Below are positions 56,510 through 64,000 of a DNA stretch of 64,000 bases, piece by piece (the first letter of the stretch is position 1; every line of letters begins with the position of its first letter). The DNA lies in assembly GCA_964057225.1 (NCBI GenBank), contig OZ059897.1, positions 14,446,001 to 14,510,000 on the forward strand, written 5' to 3'. The notes beneath the pieces were generated by a model. The model was given only the letters and a program-made list of their open reading frames with translations. It searched no databases and was not told where the DNA came from. Made by a program: the position numbers and the translations under genes. Source of the stretch: Auanema rhodensis (lineage: Eukaryota > Animalia > Nematoda).

Positions 56510-58381
56510 ATCTAAGATGAATAGAGGGAACAACCGTGTTAGGCTAGTCAAAGCATGAATTCTCTCTGTAATCAGATTCCTGTCCATACATTGGCCATAA
56601 CCAAATAGAATAAATTAGTAAGAATGCAATTTGATGTTGAACAAGTGCCTCACTCTATAGGTACATAAAGAGAATTTTGAAGAAAAAGCTAAAAAAAAGA
56701 AAAGGAATTGAAACGAAATTCCATAATGAAGGCATGAATAAGAAATCCAATTATGTTTTTCCTATCAAAATTCTTCATTATCTAGAAGTTGAATGTCAAA
56801 CTCATCAAATCTATTTCGAACGAAATATTCTCATTTTTACAACATCTAAGAATTGTATATCTTTTAATTTTATTTTTAGTTTCAAGACGTATTTTCCAAA
56901 TATTTGATTAGAATGGAAACATACCGTTGACCATCGTCGTTGAGAATCTGCCATGATGCTCCGAAAATTTGTTTGAGATGACGAAAAAAAAAAAGAAATT
57001 CGACAGACTTCTTTTTCGCAGCTTGTCCTTCTTAATCTTCTTTTTATTTTTCGAAAATCTTTTTTTTTTTGAGATTTGCTTGTGCAAATCACTGGTTAAC
57101 AGTTGTGTGTCCTTACATCTGTTATTTCGATTAAACATGTTCAGCGATTATCGCAGATACGCATCCGGATACTTCATGTTCTCTTCATTCACTTTAAACA
57201 TTTTTTTCTAATATTGTTATATAAACAACAACATTTATAAACTTCAATAGATTTCATTATAAAATATTTATTTCGTCAAATAATTTTTTTAAAAAGCATA
57301 TTTTAAAATAAATTAATAACTTCAATATAATAATATTATTTTATTTTTAATTAATATGATTAATTATTAATTTATAAACTTTACATATATATTTTATTTT
57401 AAGATTATATCACTTTTATTGGTTAAAAAAAAGTGAAAAGAAAGAGAAAATAGAAAGATAAAAACATTAATTTAGTGTCAAATGAAAATTCAAAATCATA
57501 AATCAGGCAAAGGTTCAACGTGCGTTACACCATACAATCTTTAATGTTTCATCCGATCTCTTTGAAAGTTTGGAAGAAAAAGGCTATGTGGAACTTCTGA
57601 GAAAAAGCTAATGATTTGTGGCTTGAGATTATTGTTGGTCTATCTATCTATGATGATTATTGTAATTGTTTTTTTTATTTCATTAAACAAGCTCATGACA
57701 ATATCATATATGATGTTTTAATGTTGTAAAGAAAGTTAAAAGCTTACGTGATTCTCTGAAACTTTTTTCTTATATTTCATTTTCGTTGGCTAGAATAGAC
57801 TTTGTTGATAAAATTAAAACATTTTTATATAAAGATTTATTATATTCAAATACCCGTATTTAATAAAAACTATATGTATACAGTTATATTAACATATAAT
57901 TATTATTTAAGAAAATATTATATATATATAACTAACATAAAACTACCGGTAATGGTTTGAATTATACAATAACTGAACCATATAACAATGATAATGATAT
58001 TGATATTTTTTGGTTTAATGAACTTTGATGGAATGCAATTGAAACTTTGGTTGAAGAGCAATGACAAAAGGAGGAAAAACTCTCAATATGAGAGAAATAA
58101 ACCGAATGGAAAGTAAATGAAGACGGACAGATTCGTGAATTGTAAGGGAAATGACGTAGAACATGGATTCAGTCACAATATTTCATTTGATTAGTTTTTA
58201 GAATTTCAAAAGAAATGAGAGAAATATGGTGAACATTCGAAGTTATTAGTATCACAGAAATATAGTGCTTTACTAGTATTTTTGAAAAAAAATTGAAATG
58301 AATAGATTACTTTTCTCTATTTAATACAGGAAATAATTTGATAAGAAGAATAATAATTGTAAGAAAATAATATTTTAGAAA

Positions 58382-60125
58382 TTACATTGCTTGAAGTAGC
58401 ATGTGATTTCGACTGCTTTGATCTTCTACTGAAGTTGCATGAGCACTGCTACTTTTACTTTGCTTCACACTCATTTTCAATGGTCGATCTGTGATGGTTA
58501 CTGACCGTAAGAAGCGTTTAATAGTTTGACGCATAAGTGTACGGTATCTCTTAGACACTACACAGTATAAACAGAAGTTTAAAGAAGCATTCAGGAAGAC
58601 AAGCTGTTAAAGATATAATTATATATAAAGAATATAATAAAATAATAATTACCTGTTGTGATATACAAGTATATACAATGGCTTTTGAATGATATTGACC
58701 ATAATAATCAAACATAAGACGAGCAGGGGCCTAAAATAGATGAAATGTTCAATTGTAGAAGAAGATTAAAGCTTAGTACCTGTGGTCCTACACAAATGAG
58801 TAGCATGAAAACTACTGCAAATAGCATAGCATTAGCATTCAAACGATTTGAATATGATTCCTGAAATCAAAACAATTTTTAAACTTAATTCTTTCCATAA
58901 AATTGTCAAAAATTAAATTTAAAAGTTTAATTAATCAAATTTTATGAAATTATGTTAAAACAAACTTGTACAAGTGTTCCATCTGCTAATCTAGCAGTTT
59001 CTTCTTCTCTTTTAGTATCCTCATCAACAACACGTCTCAATGTCATTATGATTCGACAATTCATAACCAATAAAGCAATAATTGGCAAAATATTGAAAGC
59101 AGCCAATGATACATAATCCATAACTCGATAATAGAACTGAGATGATTTGAATTATTATTATTATTATTCAATTATTCTAATAAATACCTTAAGTGTTGGA
59201 TTTTCTGTCATCAAAATCACATAATAATAGTCTTCTGAAGAATTCTCATAGCAATGACGCACATCATAGCATAACGGCCATTGAATTGAACACATAAAAG
59301 CTATTAAGAAACTGAAAATAATAGTTTTAATTATATAATTCTGTTTTCTTTATATTAGATTTTATTAAATATTAAATATAATTTAGAATTTACATATTCA
59401 TATTTTCAAAATTTTATTCTTTTTGTCCTCCATTTAATCTTACTCTCCCTCATATATAAAGTTATCTCTCTATCTCTTCAAGCTCTTTTGTATTTTCTCT
59501 CTATGTCTCTCTTTTTTATTCATTTTTCTATATTTTATTCTCTCCCTCTCTCTCTCTCTTTCTCTCTCTTTATGTTTCATTTTTTTCTATTTTTCTCTCA
59601 CGTTATCTTCCTCTTTTTCTTTTTTTATCAATCGGTTTCTTTCATATTTCTCAATTCCTCCGTTATTAATTATGATTGAAGAACGTAAACCGTGACTTAA
59701 AGATTAAAAGATCATCTTTGTATGTTTTTAAAAAATCTGAGATCCAAAAATCAAAGAAGTAAGAACTGACCATCCATAGATTGAAAGTTTTGATGTTCTT
59801 CCAGTACACAATTTATGTGATCTTAATGGAAATACAACGCAAATATATCGCTCAACATTGAATGCTACTACAATCCTAAAAACATATCAAACATATACAA
59901 TAGAAATTCATTCAAAAAGATAAAAAAAACTTACAAAACACTACTTTTGTAGAATGTTGATGCTAATGTACGAATATATAATACCATATGTGAATAGAAA
60001 TGATTGAAAGTTGGTGAGAAAGCTAAGGCTGCTATAGAATGAGGTGTAACGTCCAAAGTGGCAAAAATCAGAAATAGGCAATCACATATAGCCAATGCTA
60101 GTAGTAATGTCCTATAAGAATTCAG

Positions 60126-60174
<49 letters not shown>

Positions 60175-60560
60175 AGAATTTAAAGTATGTAATATGAGAA
60201 AATCGTATATATTTTGTTAATAAAACTGTAAATGTTTTCTAATCGTTATATAACCAAATATTCTTACCAGCTTGGCATACGACGAGCACCTCGATTACTG
60301 GTTAAAATTGCAATATTCAGAACATTACATGCTACCCCAATAATAGCAATTATTGGCAGAACAATCACATTACTCCACCAAACTATTTCTATTGAATTCT
60401 ACAAAATGATTTAACGTGAAGGAGAACGGTTTGAACTTTGTTCCCTAACCTGATCATGAGTCTGATCAGTTATAGTCGAAAAATTGCAAGTTGACGGCGT
60501 GTTCAAGATGAATTCTTCCCCTAATGTTGGCGATTCTACCGATGTAATAGTATTATCCAT
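58382..60560 (-). CDS. Rhodopsin-like 7TM neuropeptide GPCR (FMRFamide-receptor-like group), multi-exon
   Basis: Spliced: MDNTITSV...; TM1 VLPIIAIIGVACNVLNIAIL; TM2 LLALAICDCLFL; TM3 IVVAFNVERYICVVFPL; TM5 AFNILPIIALLVMNCRII; TM6 AMLFAVVFMLLICVGPQ; TM7 LVFLNASLNFCLYCVVSKRYR; ends HMLLQAM*. Confidence 0.9.
60131..60171. repeat. (AT)n microsatellite in a GPCR intron
   Basis: Perfect AT run of ~40 bp. Confidence 0.9.
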
Positions 60561-63500
60561 CTATAAAAAAATAAATTAAAGAAGAAGAAATTTTTGACAC
60601 AATGAAAGAATGCTTGTAATAGCATATGAATATTAAACAAAAAGAAAAAGAGAATATCAAAAAAGAAAAGAAAACAATAGGATTAGAGCCCGTCAAGCAA
60701 TATCTGTCTGACCGGCTGACCGAGTAGCAACAAAACTTTGTAATATGGAAAGATATAAGATGATATAAGAAATGTAACATGAATGAAATGGAAAAAAAAA
60801 GATAAATATCATAAAGTAGTGGCTGAAAATTCCAAAAAAAATGATCAAATTCTTTCTTTCATTATGAATGAAGAAAACTAAACTGTTTTTAAGGTTATAG
60901 AACTATTCATTTTAAATTTATATAAAATAATAGAGAATATAAGATTTTTACATGTAAATTAGTTGGATGATATTATCAGATATCTGTTTTTTTTTCTGTA
61001 ATCTAGAGAAAAATAATTAAAGTATATGATGATCTCTCTATCATTTACCCTCTTCTCTTGCACGTTCCTTTTCATTTTACTTTCTTCTATCTTTTTTAGC
61101 ATTGTTGTACTACCTTCACTGAATCTTTACTTAATACTCTTTTGTATGTGGTCTACGTTTATTTTTAATTTTTCCCTTATTCTTTCTCGTACGAAGATGA
61201 AGATGAAGAAAAGAGGGATAGGCTATAAAGGACTTCACGAAACAAGAAAAGAGTAAAATAGGAAATAAGAATTGAGAGAAAGGAAAAGGAACACGGTGAA
61301 CAAGCAGGAAAGCCTAACAGATCTTTCCTTCCAAGTAAATAATACCGTCATCACGAGCATCAAATAGCGAACAACTGTGAAGAGAGAACGTGTGGAGGAA
61401 TTGAGATAGTTGTCGGGAAAAGGAGGACATACATAGTTGAGGACCTCGCGATACGGCTACGACAAAACCGTCAACCAATAGGTTCCGATAGAGCATTTCG
61501 GAACCCATGTATTGCTTACCACCCTAGCAATACTCTTGTCCATTTTCATTTTCAATTCAGACAGATTTTTCTCTAAGGCATATCATAAAGAGAATAAAAT
61601 GTACTGAAAAGAACGGAACAGAGTGGGAGAGAAGAGGGAGAAACATATGTCGGAAAACTACAGAAGCATTACAAACAATGAAACAATATTCTACAGTCAC
61701 GTTGAGTGAAAAACTTGATCATAAGAACGTATATAGCCCAGTATGAAGAGTTCAATGAAAGGGCATACACGAATTGAAATAAATACAAAAAATACACGGA
61801 AAAAAAACAAAAAATACAGAATAGGATGAAAACGATGAAGAGAGAGAATAAAAGAAAGGGTGAGAAAGAGAGAGTGACAGAGAAAGAGAAATGGGGGAAA
61901 GCAGAGAGAGAGAGGTGAAGAAAGGGACTGAGGGAAGGGAAGGAAGGAGGGATGGAGAGTAAAACAGCGAATGAGGATGCTTAAGATGTAAAAGCTGTAA
62001 ATACATCATCACAGTTTCAATTGGACAAGGCAGATCATACACAATCATACATACACGATCCAAGCTGAAATAATTAATTTGGGGACAGAAAGCGGAACAG
62101 ATTGAAGGGAAATAACATAAAAGAAAACAGATCAAGAGTCATGTTTTCAAAATGTTTTGACGAGATGATGTAGTCCAGCTAAGAAAAATGAATATCGCTT
62201 GGCTTCTGTTATAGTAAAGCAAAAAATATATATTTGCAGCTTTGCAATCTAAATTCAGCAGATCTCTCATTCAGCTTCAGAATGAGAAATGTTCATATCA
62301 TATCCGTGAAGACGAGGGCGATTGATGAAAATCGTTGAGAAGTGATGAGAAAGTAGGGGAAGCTAAACGAAACTGAGAAAACGATGAAATAAATCTGAAG
62401 GTTGTGCATCGCATGGGTGAACGAACGAGCTAAAAATGTGTATACTAGGCATGTGGATACAATGTGGTTGACAAGGAGGACATAGGCTGGGATATAACGA
62501 TATAAGAGATGCAAAATAGTATGGAACGAGCAGATTGAAAGGGAAAGGTACACAGGGTTAGAGATCAATTGTATCAAAGTGTATGCCAGAGAGTAGCCTA
62601 TAATCTTAAATAGTAATCAAAATGAACAAATAAGCTAAATGGACAAAATGAATATTACTGGAAAACTAATCCAACAATGTTGTAATCTTATTGTATACGT
62701 CACTACGACGGATGGTATGGCAATGACGTCCGGTCATCAGAATCCTAATGACCTGCCGCATGGCAGAATGGTCTGTCTTTTAAAAGGTGCAGACAGATCA
62801 TATGAGTTTCTTCACAAGATAACAATAACGTCAACTTGTCATCATTATAACTTTTTCAAAAATGAAAAAAATTATGCAAAAACGAAATTTTAAAAAAAGA
62901 AAGAAAGATACCGGTTCCAGACTAGAGTCTCTAAAATTCTGCAGCAGACTTTGTTCATTTTCTTTTGCCTTTTTTTTTCAAATATAAGATTGATTCTATT
63001 AATAGTCACTCGCACAAAACTAAGACAAGAGGCAGATTTTGACGTGAGATGGACGTTTACATAACAAATATTTTACGGAATTAACTGAACATAATTTCGG
63101 CAAGAAATAAGTAGATCCAGTTATTCAATTTATTTTACCGATTTTTATGATACTCGGCTCATTTTTTTAATTTTAAACTTCAAAAAGTGTTGAGCTATGT
63201 ATGTTTTAGTTTGAAAACTATTACACAAAAGCTATAATAGATATAGATCACTACAGATTAAGTAAAGCCTTATTAGTACAAATTAATGAAAAACAGAGAG
63301 AGGTCAGTTGATGAATTGAGAAGAAAATATAGTTTCAAATCTCAAAAAATAATATAATACTACAAAATATTAAAATATATTTTAAAAAAATAACAATTAT
63401 CCTCAGTTAGTAATATAAATAACAGCTAAATATTCCATTTATTTGTGAAGAAAAATGAAATTAAGAATAGCTAATGTATATGTTCATATGTATATTTCTA

Positions 63501-64000
63501 AACAAAATACAATGAAAAGAGAAACAAATAACATAGAAACTTCCATTTATCAATCTCCTTTATCTGTTCCCAGATGATTATGAAGCCAGATAATTGATGT
63601 TTATTTTATTTTTGAAAAATATATGAAGCTTAATATAGGCAACAAAGGAAAACAATCTAGATAAACGTATGTATGTTGAAAATGGTTGAGAAAATTTTTT
63701 TCTTATATAATTTATAATTTAATATAATAACTTTTCTTTTTATTCAATTTAGTTCGTATTTTTTGTTACTGGCTTTACCAGACTCTTAAACACATCATTG
63801 AGAATTAACTAACTTATATACATATATGAACATATACATACATATATATAGTATATAGTATACTAATATTTGTATCTTTTTTTAGTCCAGTAATACGAGA
63901 AGAATCAAGCGACAAACGGAAATAATAATAGTTGATATACATATATGTAGGTACATGAGAAAATATGTATAATCTGTTGTTTTTAATAATAAATAAGAAA

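Overview
AT-rich eukaryotic DNA with many ~40-60 bp GT-AG introns and TTTCAG-type acceptors, consistent with a nematode genome. The ORF track is mostly spurious or shows only exon fragments, so genes were rebuilt by hand-splicing. In order: (1) a 4-exon gene for an 85-aa small protein (+, 7.5-8.2 kb); (2) a CLC chloride channel, clh-1-like (+, 24.1-28.6 kb, with a probable extra first exon at 15.2 kb); (3) a secreted ALT (abundant larval transcript)-domain protein (-, 29.4-30.4 kb); (4) a signal-peptide-bearing dienelactone hydrolase (-, 31.0-32.1 kb); (5) a Shaw/Kv3 potassium channel locus (-, 33.3 kb to ~52-57 kb); (6) a rhodopsin-type neuropeptide-like GPCR (-, 58.4-60.6 kb). The most striking structure is in the Shaw locus. 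A single T1 tetramerisation domain is followed by two complete, intact, divergent S1-S6-plus-tail cassettes. Both start in the same splice phase, so one gene can apparently encode two different channels, with different voltage-sensor charge, by alternative 3'-half choice. Several candidate alternative N-terminal exons lie far upstream. Non-coding highlights are helically phased TCACGT motif arrays and strand-oriented CT/GA tracts. Family assignments come from recalled motifs, not database searches.
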